Part shown: positions 1 through 14,528 of the stretch, piece by piece
How the letters are laid out: every line of letters starts with the position of its first letter
Numbering within the stretch: the first letter of the stretch is position 1
Assembly (NCBI GenBank): GCA_036172245.1
Contig: JAYWIR010000012.1
Location: 2,604,001-2,668,000 of the forward strand
DNA length: 64,000 nt
Source of the DNA: Raillietiella orientalis
Taxonomy: Eukaryota
Direction: 5' to 3'
Notes under the pieces: generated by a model
Told to the model about the DNA's origin: nothing
The model's input: the letters and a program-made list of their open reading frames with translations, nothing else
Databases searched by the model: none
Program-made: the position numbers and the translations under genes

Positions 1-84
1 CCTCCTCCATCTTTCCACCTTGTCCTCCCTTCCTTCTTTCTCCTTCTCCTCCCCCCTTCATTCCTCCTCCATCCCTCCTCCTCG
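1..84 (+). repeat. CT-rich (CCT)n low-complexity tract
   Basis: Directly visible in the sequence. Confidence 0.8.
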
Positions 85-3000
85 TCTTGTATCCACTGGA
101 AATCGGTCTCAGGAACGAGTGCTTTCCACCTCCCTTAAGAACCTTTATCCTCCTGTCAGCCGTGGAGACTGAACGTTGGGAGATGAGTTCTCCTGGTTCC
201 GAGGTGAACGCATGGCACTCCCGGGACCAGCTTGTTTCGAGAAATTTGTGATATGAAGGAGGAGGAGGGAGCCACACATGCGAAAAAGGGTGGGGAGGAA
301 GGAACTGGTGAGCCAGGGACCTTCCACCGAGGCCGGCCGTATCCCGGCGAAGGAGGCCAAGGTCGCGTGAGGGGAGAGAGAAGGAAGGAAGATCTTGATG
401 CTTTCTCTCTCTCTCTGGTCGTGTTCTCGGAGGAGACGGACACGCGGTGGGGAGGGAGAAGAGAAAGCGGAACTTCCAGTGCTCCCTTTCGGATCCCAGA
501 GAGCTCCGGGGAGGCCAGCACCTCCCGGGGCTATCTGAGGAATCCATCGGCTGGGTTGCTGCAGTGAGTTCCTTTCTGCAGGACGAAACGACACTCCAGA
601 AAGACAGGATACCTCGAATCCTTCTCGGGAAGGAGGGAAGAACAGGACAGAAAATCCATCAAGAACCCCCCTTCCTTTAATAATCCCCCCTGAGAGCACA
701 CGGAGACCTTCTCTATGACCTCAGGGTGAACGTTTAGCGCTCATTCGTATGTGCACTCTAAGAACCCTACCGCTAGCTAAAAAGCTCCATGGGTTTCTTC
801 CCGGCGGCACTGATCTGGATCAGGAAAAGGGAGCGCTTTTTTTGTTGTTGGTTTGTTTCTCGATCTTTCGTGGGTTTTTCGCTGAGACGGTCTTCCATCA
901 GAAGTAGAAGGAACCTCTACCGAAGTTCGTGGCGCGACCGCCTCGCAGGAATCAAGGGGAAGGGGGAAGCGCTGCGGTTTCCAAGAGACGGTAGGTCCCG
1001 TTCTCCTTCGTTCTCGGGCCGGAAGCCGCAGATCGTCCTCTTGGTGCTTAGTACAGGAGCGCAGGGTGCCGGAGGGCGCATGTAGTCGGGCGCGTCTCTA
1101 CCACTTCTCTCCCTTCCCCTACACGAGAGAGGCGCACTCCCGGCGCTCTGAGGGGAAGCAGTGGCCCTCCGCTTCCACAGCCAGAGCCCACGAGACGCCC
1201 TGAGAGGTCTCGCGATCTCGTCCCAGAGAGAGGCGTTTCCTCCTCTCCCTTCCTCCTGGGCCTCTCCGCCGGTGCGCAAGGACTTCCCCTCCATTCCTTC
1301 CCTACTTCCCGAGCGAGCGGAAGGGCAGAGGAGGGAGCGGGGAGGAAGGGACGGCTCCCTGCAAGTGTGGTCGCTTTTCCTTCTCTCCACAAGCCACCTG
1401 CCGAGTCCCAGCTTCCGCATCCCTGCGGATCGCTCTCCAACCACGCGCGCGATCCCGCCCGCAGGAGGATCCTTCGGCGGTGGCGCAGCATCCCCGTCGT
1501 CGTCTCCTGGCCGCGTCCGGCAAGCTTGTCCGGAAAGACGGTGTTCCAGGACCACGGCACGGAATAAAGAAGAGAGAGAGAGAAGCTCGCGCACGCAGCA
1601 TCCGGCGGTGGACCCAAACCCACCCCTCCGCACGAGGGACAGGGTGAGTCCCGAGGGGGCGAAGAATGGCAGTCCGCGGTGCTGAGGGATGAAGATTTAC
1701 TGCGCTTCGGTTGCCAGGAGCAGAGCCGCTCGAGTCTCACCGCTAAGTGACAAGCCATCCCCTTAGAGGAGGGGGAAGGGCGCGCGCAGCCGTTCCTTGG
1801 TGTGGCCCGCTGGTGTTGCCGTGCGCCGCCGCCCTCCCTCCCAGCTGCTGCTACTGCGGCTGTGGAGCGATTCGTCTCTGTCGCCGCCAACCTCCCGATC
1901 TCCCCTCCCCTCCCCGTCCCCGTCACTCCCCCTTCCTACCGAGGATGCCTCCTCCAGTTCCCGACTTGGGATCCCACTCGCACGGTGCTGCAGAGGCTGC
2001 GTTCCGCACAGCCGATCGAGTCATCCCGACTGCCATGTCTGCGCATTCCGGCGTCTTTCCCGAGCAGCCTGGGGAGGTTGGGGAGGATCTCTTAGCAAGA
2101 CTGCCCCCTTTGGATTCCAGACATTCTATCCTTTCTCTCTTTCCTCTTCTGTCCCCATTCAGATGCCGTTCGCATCCCCATCCCTCTTCCGTCCCCCTCC
2201 CCGGATGAGCTGCGCTGCCGTGTGAAGTCTGACGGTCTTTTTTTCCGTCCACTCGGACCCGTATCAGACGTAGGCAGAAAGATGGAGAAGGAGACTGAGG
2301 GGTCCAGAAATCAGAAGAGCTCTTTAGAGGCTTCCCCTTACCCGCTGGATCCGCCAGAGGGCGTCCCTGCGCCCACGATGCACTCCTATGGTTTCATCTC
2401 GGGACAGCAGAGAAAGGAGCAGGAAGAGCGGGGAGGGATCGATCGTTCCTTCTCTCCATCTCTGGTCTTGGTGAGTCCTTCGGCTTGTCGGGGAGCTCTA
2501 CCCACAGGACCCTCCCGTAGGGAGCTTTATCTACAGTAACCCGCGGCAAGGAGACAGGAAGCGAATGGCGGCGATTGCCCTCTCCTTTTTCCCTTAGCGT
2601 CCCTCCTTTTTCTTCTCATCTCTTACAGAAGATAAGGCGGCGACTGTGAGATAGCCGCTGAGGATTCGTTCAGCCGCGGGACTACCCTCTCCTTCCGAAG
2701 TCCCGCGGGAGGGGAGCGCGCGCCCTCCCATATCCTTTCTCCCTGAGCCGGACGCTCTCGCTCCTGAAGAAGGGGAGACGGCCGATCCAGATGCGTCCGC
2801 CTCGCCGTGGCATCCGGCCGAACGCGCCCGAAAACCTTCCCTTCCTCCTTTCCTTCCCTCCCTTTTCATCTCGGGACCCCTACATGAGCACTAACGGCTT
2901 CGCTATCCGATGCCGCGACCCCGGGCTCGCGATCGGCCCTGCGCCCTATCTCCCTTCCTTCCAGCGCTCACAGCATCCACTCCTACGCAGGGAGACCACG

Positions 3001-4639
3001 TCTCCTGTACCCTTTGCTCCCTCTCTTTCTCTTCCCCCCTGAGGAAGGTCGGGTCCCTCCGGTCTCCCCGGGCGGCTGATCCACGAGCATCTCGAAGGCT
3101 GCGCCCGGCCCCGGCTTTCTTTCCCAACCTTCCTTCTCAGACCTTTTTTTCTTCCTGGAGGAACCCTCGGCGCGGAGGGATGCCATCCTCTCCGAGGTCG
3201 CCGTGAAATCGAGAGCGCCTCACCGCGGAACTGCCCAGGTGTACGAGGATTCCCAGCAGCCTCCCTATCACTCCACGCCTTCCCTACCGATGATGGAAGA
3301 GGAGGCATGGCATGCAAGGAGCCTCCCTGCTTCCCTTCGGAGAGAAGCGAAGCAGGAAAGCTTCCTCGAGAGGAATGGGGTGGGTCGCTCTCCCCCGCCT
3401 TTCTCTGCTCTCTTTTCCCCGGGCTCCCACCTCCGCAGCAGTCAGATCGAAATGTGCCCGAGGGGCCTTGGAGGCCCCTCCTCCCTGAGCGCGTCCCTCT
3501 CGGTGTTTTATCGCGAAACAGGAAAAGTCCGGGGGATGGGATGTAAAGCGGAGGGAGGAGAAGGGAAAGGAGGGGGGGAGAAGGAAGGCACAACCGAGCG
3601 AGTGCGCGCGAGTGCCCGGCAGCGCTTCGGCCGTTCCGGTACGCCCTAGGCGGTGGATTCGGCGGCGGCTCCGCGCCGGAGAGAGGGACCGCGGCAGGAC
3701 TCCCCCACCGAAAAAAAAAGGTAAACAGGGAAAGGTAAGGGGGAAGGAGAGTCCGCTGCTGCGGCCGGGCGGGGGCCAGAAACTTCCGGCCGCGCGTTTC
3801 CGGCGAGCGGGCGCGGCGTGGGGTTTTCCTCGCCGCCCGTCGCCTCGACCTGCCTTGGCGACGATTCGACGACGGCGACTGCGGGGGTCGCGGCGCGCCG
3901 GACGACCTGGAGACGAAGTCAGCTGTCAGGAGGAGAGAGGGAGGGAGGGGTCGAAAAAGAGAAATGCTCGATGGCGGGAGGCGATAGCGGCCTCTCCCTC
4001 CGCAGGAGTCCGTCCGCCGCCCCGACCCTTTCCGCCGCCTTCGGACGGTCTTCATGGGCTTCCGCTGCCAGCATCCGCGGAGGGCGGTGGCAGAGACGGT
4101 GATGGAGACCGTGCAGGAAGATGGGAGAGTGAAATGGGGAGGAAAATGCGGGGGACGAAGGGACCTCCCGCTCAAGGGTGGCTCCTCTAGATATGCGTGG
4201 GCGCGTGCCTTCAGGGGCCCTCCTCTACCTCCATTCCGTGGTCTCACTCCGCGCCATCTCAATCCCGGGCCTTCTCCGTCGGCACATACCGTTCTTCGCC
4301 TTCTGTCCATGTGCTGCTCGAGGGTCCTGGGGGTAGGGGGAAGAAGGGAAGACTTCTGGAAGGAAATAGGAACCGGAGAAGTGGCGCCGACACATCGAGA
4401 CCAGGTACTGCGTGGAGCCGCCATTTCCCTCCCACAGCTCCCCTTCCCTCCCCCCTTCCTTCCTGGGAAGAGGAGAAAAAAGGATCAGCGGAGAGCACGG
4501 AGCCTCCTCCATCATCTTCCCCTCCTTCTGTTCCCTCTTTTGCAGGGCACCACTGCACTCCCCTGCTCCGAGCCGGAGGTCTGGGCAGGCGGCAGGCGCG
4601 TGGCTTTCTGCATTCAAAGGTCACCTGATCCGGTCACCG

Positions 4640-5870
4640 CAGCCATGACCGGACACCCTCACATAAGACACCCTGAAACACACAAGAGAGCCCAGATTCG
4701 TCCCCGGGATAAGGATGAGCCTCCGGTCCTGCCATCCTGGTTCTTCTCTTCTGCTTTTCCCCTTCGTTTGCACGTCCAGAAGACCGCCTTGGCATTCCCG
4801 TTCCTGTCATCCTTCCCCCAGCCCCTCTCCTGAACACAACGCACACCCCCAAAACTCGCCTTCTCTACTATCCCTTTGGTTTGCTCCTCCCGCGACCGTG
4901 GCACCCGCTACGATCGTGCAGGAGACTTTCGGAGATTCGTTCCGTCCCCTGAAGGTGTCCAGGAGCGAGAAAAGGGCCCAGAATTCCTCGAGATCCCCCT
5001 TCTCGGCCCTCCGACCGTGCCTTCGGTCTTGTGTTCTCTCGTCCCGAAGAAGGGGACTAAGTGGGGAAGAGCAGGCCATGATGGAAGGGCTTAGAAGCCT
5101 TCTTGAGCTGTAAAAGTAGTAGGACCCGAGGAGGAAGGTGTCCTTACCTCTTACCTCAGGACGACTGGGGACGAACCCAGTACGGAGTTTCCGGGTAGAA
5201 AAATCAGGAATGCTATCCCTTTCCTGATCCTAGAGGCAAGGGATGAATCTCTGGGGTGTCGGGGAGCCTCGGCTTTGATGGTGTGCCGCATCGGTACCAC
5301 TTCTTTCCCACCTTCGCCATACCCTTGCACCGAGGAGGCACGGAATGGACCTGCCACCCTGGATCCTGCTTTTCCCGGATGCTGCCGTCCTTCTAATCCC
5401 TCAGGCGAAATTGGGGCTGCGCCGAGGCCACCGAATTCCGCGGGGTTGGGAATCCCTGTCGGACCTCTGCCGTCAGCTTTCCCCTCAGGAAGAGGTGGGA
5501 AGAGGGGTGAGCGTATTCCGCTGGACAGAGGCCTCGGGGAAGGAAAACCCCTTCATGGACGAGTTGAGGAAGCAAAGAAATTGGGGGAAGGGTAGGGTAC
5601 GGCGAAGAGGGAAAAAGTCTCCTGGCCGCCCACCCCAGGACACGGGGGGATTGGTTCTCTGACGCTGTCGTTCCTTCCCTTAGGGTAAGGAAGGGAAGGG
5701 AAGATGCTAAAGGTAGACCCTGTCGGTCCCTTCTGGAGAGAGACGGACCGGGGACCCCGTTCTGCCCAGGCTGGCATCTTCGCGCAGAACTGGAAATGGA
5801 CAGATGCTAACATGGCGACCGTCTGGTTCATTGAAGTGCTCCTTCCCGTTTCCCTATCCGTCCTGAACCC
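4640..5870 (+). pseudogene. possible decayed non-LTR RT (RTE/L2-like)
   Basis: FVPG.R, GDFRR, RQGMNL and ILLFPDAAVLL (LLFADDxVL) occur in RT order; the signal is weak. Confidence 0.3.
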
Positions 5871-6955
5871 TCCCTTTTTCCCCCTTTTGTATCGAGTGGG
5901 TGATTTGGGAAGCTCGAAATTCGCCCCTCCATCCTCGGAAGCGCCCGTTCCTCTTCAGGGATCTCGAAGGGACACGAGACGCGTTCGGTCGAGGAGGATG
6001 CGTCCTGGTATCTTGCGCATGCGTGGACGACGGGTCCCTCGCTTTCCCTCCCCTCCCGGCTACCACTCGCTCACCTACCCCCCTTTTCCTCCACGCTGCA
6101 AGGGAGGTGGAGAAAGGGGCTCCCGAGGGAGATCACCGCACGTCTTCCAGGAGTCTTGCTCCCAAAAGGCTGTTCCTGGAAGCGAGGGCGCTCCAGGTAG
6201 GACGGAAAGGGGGAGGGGGCTTTCGGCAGGTAGTCACTCCAAGGGTTGGTTTTCCTGGGAAGAAGGAAAAAAGAGGAAATCGACACCCCTTTCGTCACTA
6301 CTTCTCCGAGGTCCCGCCGAGGAAGTGACTCTGAGGGTCCTCACCGCGGTCCATGCGCGCCCCACGGCAGACTCCCGGCCTAAGACACGATTTCCAGAAG
6401 ACTTTGGAGGGCTTGAAAGCCCTCGAGGTTTTCCGAAAGTGGGAGGAGGGGGGGGACTGGATCGAGAGAGCGGCGCATGCGCACTCCAGAGGCCCTGGAG
6501 AAGCGAGGGGATGGGGGTGGAACGAGGGACGGGAGGAACCGCAAGCTTCTCCCTCCTCCCTACTTCGCGGTGGTCTGCGCCACCGCCCTCGTCGCTCGAA
6601 GGAACATCGATCGTCTTTCCTCCTCCTCCTTCCCTTCCCTCTCTTGCCGGGTGCGACGGTCGACCTCGAGGCGGAGGGAGGAGGGGGGGAGTGACGAGAG
6701 CGCAGCAGCGCACGCCGGGCAGGTGACACGGCCGCCCGGTGGAGCGTCTTCTCGGGGCGACCCACTCCAGCGCGGCCATAAAACGGCGAGATGCCACATC
6801 CGGTCAGACGGGGCCGCCGCCAATTAGGGAAGCCGAGACGCCATCTCGATCGCTATCAGCTCCACCGGCGGACGGACGTCGCCGCGCGGCGTGGGCGTGG
6901 ACGCGCGCGGGCGGGCCTCCTTCGCTCAGCCGCCGCTTAGGCGAATGAACAGCGT

Positions 6956-6987
6956 CGGCGACGGCGGCGACGGCGACGGCGACGGCG
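6956..6987 (+). repeat. (CGGCGA)n microsatellite
   Basis: CGGCGACGGCGGCGACGGCGACGGCGACGGCG. Confidence 0.8.
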
Positions 6988-8279
6988 TCCGACCGGAGGG
7001 TCGAAAGGAAGGAAAGGAGGGGAGGGGAGGTGGGGGGAGAGACAAATGAAATGCCCAAGGGGGAAACCGCCGCCATCTCCTCCTCCTCCTCTTCCTCACC
7101 TCCCTCAGCCTCTTCACCTCTCTCCGTCTTCGTCTTGCTCTGGTGGAGGCACCAGCTCCAGGAAGATTCCGGAAAGAAAATCCCACCGGCATTCTGCCGG
7201 AAGGGCGGCCTTTTTGGCTCCTCTCACCGGCTCCTTCCCTTCTCCGTCGCTCTCATCCCATCTCCTCGCCAGCCATTCGAACTGGGAGACCGGTGCCTGC
7301 CCACACCATGTGTCGCGTGGGGCCACTCCAAAAAGGGGAAGCGAGAGTGGTGGGAGATAGGAAGAAACGCGGGGATTCGGGCGAGCTGTCCCTGCTGGGA
7401 GCGCCGCATGCACCGGCGGCTGGACGAGGCTTCCCACCGCGCCCTAAGGGCCCGTAGCCTTTATTCCCCCGAGCCACTCCTTTTTTCCATTCCTACTCGA
7501 GACCAGGAGAGTCCCGGCTCATCTGCAGACCCCGCCGCAGGGAAGAGGGTTATACCCTGGAACTACTCCTCTGCAAGCGCCCACGGAGAAGACGGACGTC
7601 TTCGTCCAGGGAGAGATCGCAGAAATAGGGCTGTCCCCTCGTTCGCCTTTGGCAGGGCCCCTTCTCAGCAGGGTTCCTGTACGGAGATGCAGGACCTTCC
7701 GGCGAAGAGAATACCATCGGAGGGGCAACGTCTAACTCGCGACGTCTCCACTCGACCCGATTTCTCCTCCGGGCGGTTCTCCACAGCTCCCTCTTCGAGG
7801 CTTCTCTCCTGGAGCGTCCCTCCCGGAAAGTCTGAACCACAGCCGTGGCACACCCGCACGTGTCCAGGATTTCTTCCCCTCTCCCGGGACGCCTTGAGGC
7901 GCCTTCCTCATGCCTTAGTGCTGATATGTCTCTCCCACACCGTCTCTGGCCCTTCGGAAGGGGGAGAGGGAACCATTCGTTCCCGAAGTCAGAAGGGGAT
8001 CCCTCGCACGTTCTCATGATTTCCCTCCTCCAGGGAATGGTTGGTCTTCAAGAGACCAATTCAGACGCGTTCCGGAAGGAGACAGCAGCAGCATCCCTGC
8101 TACCGGTCAGAACCAACCCTGATCTCTGACCTTGACACAGATGCGCATTGGAAGCACCTTCCACATGACCTCTTCCTTCCCTTTTTTCTCTTCTGGCCTG
8201 CTGGTGCGGCGGGTCTGCGCCTACAGCCGGGCTCCACCGTTCCTCAGAGTCAACTTCCTCTGCTCCACCCCTGATCTCT

Positions 8280-9050
8280 CCTGATTGGAGAACCTTGGCT
8301 TCCCAGTAAGCAGCCGGTGCACCGCAGGATGCGGACCTCGGCGCAGTCGTCGTGAAGGCGCCCCTCCCTGCAGATGCGAAGCCCCGGTGGAAGCACCCTC
8401 AGACCTCGGATGTCACCTGCAGGAGCTGCCGCTCGAGTTCACTGGCTGATCCGTGCCCCAGCCTCGAGATAACTTTCCCTCGACGACGGATGGTCCTGAG
8501 ACTGGATTTTGCAATCGCGCCCTTCGAGCGCAAGCATTCCTTCAGGTGGGCCGCGCTCTTTTCCTGGACAGAGGAACCTGGACATGTTCCGAAAACGTCC
8601 CTCAAGTCCCACTTTCCCGGACTTCTGAGGGATGGCGCTCTCTTCGCAGTCTCTCGAATGGAGCTGCGAAGCTCTTCAGTCTCCAGCCGACACCACCCGT
8701 GTCGGCTGGAGACTGCGGCACCCGGCATCGAGTCCGCCGGGAACCTGGACGCTGCCGCTGAGCGCTCCTAAGCTGAAGGTTCGAGAGCTCCCTGGGGCGA
8801 ATCTTCCGCTCCCGCCGCCTGAGGGAAGAGGGCGTTCCACGGCTGCACGGACGCAAAGGAGCCTCTCCCTCCCTAACGGAGGAGACCGTGAGCGCGTTCA
8901 CTGTGGCAGCCAGCTAGCCACGCAGCTCAGCCTCCTCCCGTCCCGCTTCCCGACGGGGGAAGGGGGGGAGCGGCAAGATATTCCAGGACGGGCGGGATTG
9001 GCGGACCTTCGCGGGAGGATCTCCTGCGTTCCTCTCCAGGCTGCGGAAGG
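8280..9050 (+). pseudogene. decayed L1/Tx1-like reverse transcriptase
   Basis: QTSDVTCRS (QTxxVPGRS), VLRLDFAIAPFERKHSFRWAAL (LDFAKAFDRVxHxFLW) and VRR..PLSA (VRQGCPLS) occur in order. Confidence 0.5.
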
Positions 9051-12000
9051 GACCAGCGGCCGGATCGATTTGGCGCCTCGCCCGAGCGCTCCTCACTCGG
9101 CTGCTGCGGCGGCGCACCGCTTCCGTTCCCGGATGTCGGTGCCAGTTGGGCGGAAGTGGCCGTGGATGGATTGCCTCGGGAGCGGCGGCCGACAGAGGGC
9201 TGGCGGGCGGCCACGTGACTCGGCAACGCAGCGGAGACGGTGTCTCCGAATCCGCAGTGCCCAGCCGGAGACGCGCGGGTCGGCGTCGGAGACTCCTGGG
9301 CTACGCCTGGATATCGGGAATCAGATACCTGCTGGAAGGGAAGGAGAGGAGGAAATGTCCCGGGAAGAAATACCCGGCTATCCTTCATAGTCGCAGGAAG
9401 GACGGGGCATGGCATGCCCGTGCTGCAGGATCCTACACTCGTCTGGCGCAGGGAGACCCAGGCAGTTTCCCGCCTACGCGCCTCTCCATCCTTCATCCCC
9501 TTTTCCACCCATCCTCGTCCTCCACATGCCACCTTGCTCCATCGCCTCACCCCTCCTCCTTCACCCGACCCCAACGCGCTTCCCCTATTCGCAAGTGCCG
9601 ACTCCAGCAAGCTCCTGCGGAGTCTTTCTACCAGGACTGACTGTTCCCTGACCTCCGCTGGCGGGAACGTTCACTGGTTGCGCACCTGCGAGGCGCAACC
9701 AGTCTCCCGGCAGGAGCCACGCTTCGAAGGGTGGACCTCTGTCGCGCGGATGGATTTTTAGCACTAGCCGTGGGTGATCGGACAGCTCTGAAGGGAGTGC
9801 TCCTCGAGTCCCCACCCAGAATCTTCGTCCCAGGAAAGCTGGATCGTCTGCCTTCCCACTTTTAATCCAGACTCGGAACCCCCCAGTGTATGCGCACTTC
9901 CCCTTCTTTCTCTCGGAAGAACCCGTCATTCCTGCCGATCGTTTCCGAGACTTTCCGCCCTCCTCCCCATTCCTGATTGCAGACAGCGAGCTCCCTTCCT
10001 CCCAAGTACCGTCCACCTTGTGGCACTGCGACAGTGTCCTGAAGTGACCGCCAGCACCGGCCCGGGAACGCAGCGCGAAGGGATGCCTAGATCTTCCCTC
10101 CTTGTTTTTCAGGAGCCTTCTTCGGGAGGGAGGCACAGGAAGACCAGGACAGCTCTGCAGGGAAGGAACATCTCTCTTGTGGCCGGCCAGAGGGCGTCCT
10201 CCAGAACAAGCAGGAGCGTCTCCCTCATAGCGCGAAACTCCTAAGCACCCCAAACTCCCAAACGCATCATGCGATGGCCAATTTCCCACCTCTCTCACCC
10301 ACCAAGCGGTCGCGTGCGCACCCTCAGGGAGAGCACCAGCTCTCCGCGTTTACTTCCCCTCTCCCAGGCCCCATGTCCTTTCACGAAAGCAGGAAGAGAA
10401 GGGAAGACCCTCTTCCCAGATCCCGGGGGAAGAGGGGATCCTCCAGCCCTTTCCTCCCTACCTGACCCATGCACGCGCAGTCCGAAAGAAAGGAGTCGGG
10501 GTCGGGCTGCGGGCGGATGCTGCGCGCGTTTTTTCGCGTTTCCCTGAGACAGCTCCCCGCCACGGCCCCAGCAGGGAATGACAAGGAAGAGACGAGGGAT
10601 GGCCAGGATAAGGGGAGGGGAGAGAGAATGAAAGACGGCAGGGAGCGCTCGAGGTGAGACAGATGCCCAGGCCGGCCCTACTCTGAGCAGCCGGGCGAAG
10701 GAGCATCGGCCCGGCCCCTTCCTTCCCACCAGTTCCGCTTCCCTAAAAGTTCCTCCCTCCCTCTATGAAAGTGGAGACGGAGGCGGAATACGGCGCGCGC
10801 ACAGGGAAGGGACCCTGCACCTGGGACAGGCAGAGGCTGTCCCAGGGGAGAGGAGAAGAGAGGGAGAAGAGAGGTCTTACTGTCCTGTGGGCCGGTCCTC
10901 TGCCCTAAGGATTGGGTAGCCAGTAAGCGGAAAAGGAGGAGTGCGAGGACCGCTTTCTGGAGACCGCTCCATCCCGGGACGTCGGGAACGAAAGGGCGTG
11001 ATCCCCTCTTCCCTGTGAGAGAGGAAGGGGAAACCGTCCAGAGGAGAAGTCCCGTCTCTCCTCTACCATCCCCTCAAGCGCCTGAGGATCTTCAGAGGAC
11101 GCTCATCCGGCCCTACTCGAACCACTCCTTCTTCCCCTTTCGACGACCTAAGAGACGAGGACGAGTCCTCGATCCGTCTTTATCCCATTCTTCCTCCTCC
11201 TCACTCCCGGGGAAGGAGGGAGAGGAACGAGTGCCAGCCGAGCGCGCGGGGCGGAGTGAGCTGGCAGTGGGGTCCACCCCTGGCCTTGGGCGCCAAGGCG
11301 CTTTTCGGCATTGCGGGACGGAAAGGGAGGGAGCGGGGCGGCGCGGCGCCGCTGCTGCGGCAGCCCAGCCGGGCGCCGCCGCCATAAAAGAGGAGGAGGG
11401 GGAGGAGGAGCAGGGAAAAGGCCGCTCCGCCCGCCGCCGTCGGCTCCCCTCTGGGTTTTACGGTCCGCTGCCGCCCGCCCGCCTAGCCTCTGAGGGCACG
11501 CGCGAGCGGGGAGCAGCCCCTCTGGCCCTCCTTCCCGCCGCACTCCTCGTGCTGTGTTCCCTCTTAGCCGCCTGAGAGGCGCCGCGGCGGAGGCTGCGGC
11601 GCTGGGATTGCCCCTGGAAACGATCGAGCCCGGAGTGACTTCGCCCGGACGGGGGGTGTCACCTCAGGGACGGAGGATACGCCCCTCCACCTTCTTGCCG
11701 AGACGGGAGGAATGGAAGCGATCAGGGCGTTCTGTGGAGCAGACCGAACGGGTGGGAGTCGCACTTCCTGGTCTCTTCCGCTCCGTTCCCCCATCCCACT
11801 TTCCCACACCCTCCTTCCCGTTCCCCGGCAGGCGGGAGGCGCGGCGCCGGGAAGGCAGACCCCACGGCACCACTTTCTTCCGAGACAGAAGGGAGAAACC
11901 CCACACCCGGAGGAGGGCGTAGGGTCTTCTCTGCCTGGAACCCCCCGATCGCCGTTCGGGTGCGCTCTTCCCGGTGCCGCGAGCTTTGAAGCTTGAAATT

Positions 12001-13489
12001 GGGTCTGACCGGGAGACCCGGCGTGGGGACGGGGAATCTGCAGAGAAAAATCGCCTGGCTCTTCGCTCCCCCTCCTCCTATTCCTCCCGCTCCCCCCAAA
12101 AGCCCGGGATCCGCGAGCGTCCGGGGTCGTCCCTTGCAGCTGGGGTGATTACCGGGCCTCTTCCCGATCTCCCGATTAATTCCCGTTTTTTTTTTTTTTT
12201 TTTTCCTTCATTTTTTCCCTCCCCCCGTGGGCACGCTCGGATGGGCACGCGGGACGGCGGGGGGGAAGAATGCCGTCCTGACGCATCCCGGACTTCTCTC
12301 CCGGGGAAGACGCACGCGAGCGTGCAAGAAGAAGTCCTGTTGCTAATCCCGCCGGTAATGGGAAGACGGGGATCCGCCGCTCCCTCCGCCAGGGAGCCCT
12401 CCCCGGGAACGTTCTTTTTTTTTTTTATTTTCGTTTAGAAACCGGGAAGCCATCGAAAAAAAAATGGGACGTTTATCCGGGATCACGCGGGAATCCGGCG
12501 ATCGCCTTCCCGGAACACGACGGAAGATCGGTCCCGTTAGCCCCCTAATCCCTCCATAACTCCGCCGAAACGTTTTCCCGGGGCCGGCACACGCGCTGCT
12601 GGAGAGCGCGTGGTTCCGCGTCCCGGAAGGGAAGGGACGCCTCTTCCCTCACCTTGTTTTCCTTCCCCTTGTTTTCTCCATCGCCCGCAGGACGGGTGTC
12701 CCGAGAGGAGGACGTCCCTCAGAAAAGGCAGGGTCCTCCTCCTCCTCACTAGGACCTCCCTCGGCGGAGTACCCCTCCACCCCCACCACCTCCCCGCATT
12801 GTCGTCTCCTCCCGCATTGCGGGGGATGACGCGCGACGGCGCACGAGCCCGTGGGGAAGCGCGCGGCAACCCGGGACAGGAGGGCAGCGGCGGATGGCCG
12901 CCGGCTCCCTTGGGAAGAGGCCGCCATCCTTCCCCAGCATCCGCTCTCCCGCCGCCCACCACGTGCGGTCGCGGAAGCGCAGCGGAATCCGCCTCTTCCT
13001 CCTTCAGCCCTCCCTGGTTCCCCTCGTTTTCCCCGGCTCCTTATCCTTGTTGCCCTTCGTCCCACTCCATCCCAAACTCCCCAGGGTTTCTGGACCCACG
13101 TGCTGCCCAAGGAGTCAGCTCGTGGCTGGGCGCCGAGGCACTCTTTTTGCTGCTCACTGGAGGAGAAGAGGTCTCCTTCCTTCCTTCCATCCCTTTCCTT
13201 CTCAGGGAATCCGGAGCCTTCCCTCCCTCTCCCCACCCTACGCCCGCTCCCGACAAACTCTTTCCCATGCACGCTTCCGTCCGCTCCCGCTGCTGTCTCC
13301 TCTCGTTTCCGGGATGCCACCCGGAGGGAGGCGGGTGCTATCGGAGGCCCAGAACTGGGGAATCGACAGGAGGGATCTGAGATCCGGGAGAGAATCGCAT
13401 CCTCAGGATCCGCTCTGCAGCCCGCCCTCTCTGCTTGACGCTCCCCCATGGATTGACGAATTCGTGCCATGCCAGAAGTCCACCCGTCT

Positions 13490-13840
13490 TCCCTGCGTGG
13501 AAAGGAGGGGAAGGAGAGATCCCTCGAAAGACGAGACGGCGTCTCTGGAAGCGGCTCTGCTGCTGCCAAAACTGAAAGGGAAGGAAAGCGTCGACACGAT
13601 GGGCACCCTCCTGTCCGTCCTAACTTATAGGGTTGGGGGGAGGGGCATCGGGGGAAGACGAGCAAGGGGAAAGGAGAGGACAGCAGCACCGCCGAGGGAG
13701 GGCCTTCATCACGCGAGAGGGAAAAGGGGGGGAGTCCTAGGAAGGGGGAGGAAGGCGAGCGCCTCTCGAGCGACCGTCTGCCGAGGTTCCATTCGCTAGC
13801 GCCATCCGAAGAATCCTATCCACCGGAGCCATCTCCTTCC
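13490..13840 (-). repeat. interspersed repeat, copy of 16535-16785
   Basis: Shared blocks GGCGTCTC(T)GGAAGCGGCTCTGCTGC, GGACAGCAGCA, CTTCATC.CGCGAGAG, CCGAAGAAT, CCGGAGCCATCTCC. Confidence 0.6.
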
Positions 13841-14528
13841 TGAAGCTCCCGCTGCCTTCCCAGTAGCTGAGCTGGGCGCAAGTCTTCGCTGCCTCCGCCG
13901 GGTGCTCGCGTCGGCGTCTTCTCTCCGGCGGCGCGAAAGAGGCGCCTCTGCCTCATCCCTTTCGGATGACATCCTGGAGCCAGAGCCACCACAACGGCTC
14001 CTAGGGGGTGAGCGACTGCTGCCTTCCGAGGAAGAAACTTCCTTCAGGTGGCTCTCGGTCGCTCCAGAGGGAGAGGTGCAGCTCCGAGAATGCGGTCCTG
14101 GCGGCCTCTCTTCCTCTTCCGTCCATCCGCCACGCTGCTACTTCCGTCTCGGAGAGATTGCCGTGGATCTCTGAAGTCTGTCTCCAGGAAGTGAGAAATG
14201 GGCGCCTTTCCTCGCTCCTGGCAACTCGACTGCTCCAATGCAGCGCCAGCATTGCCATTGACGAGGTCTTTAGGTGAAGCGTAGGCTGGGGCAATTGACA
14301 CCATGAGCGTGCAACGCCTGACAACACACTTTGTGGAAGAGCTGAACTGGTGTTCAGGAAGGAGTGCAGCCCAACAGCTGGGGTACTGGTCAGCTCCTGG
14401 AAGGTGTCATGACCTCGAAGATTGTCCATCCCTCCCTCCCCCTGATGTATGACCAACGGCTTCTCTACGGTGCACATCTGCCAGACACCACCGGTAATTC
14501 TGCCAAGCTGCATTGAATCAGTTTTCAC

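Noticed and set aside
440..760. Additional old SINE copy
   Set aside because: Only short scattered matches; too weak to call without an alignment.
2946..4424. 492-aa ORF and the other long ORFs in 1-28 kb and 52-64 kb
   Set aside because: Low-complexity Arg/Pro/Gly/Ser translations overlapping in several frames, as expected when high GC makes stop codons rare; no coherent domain or splice structure.
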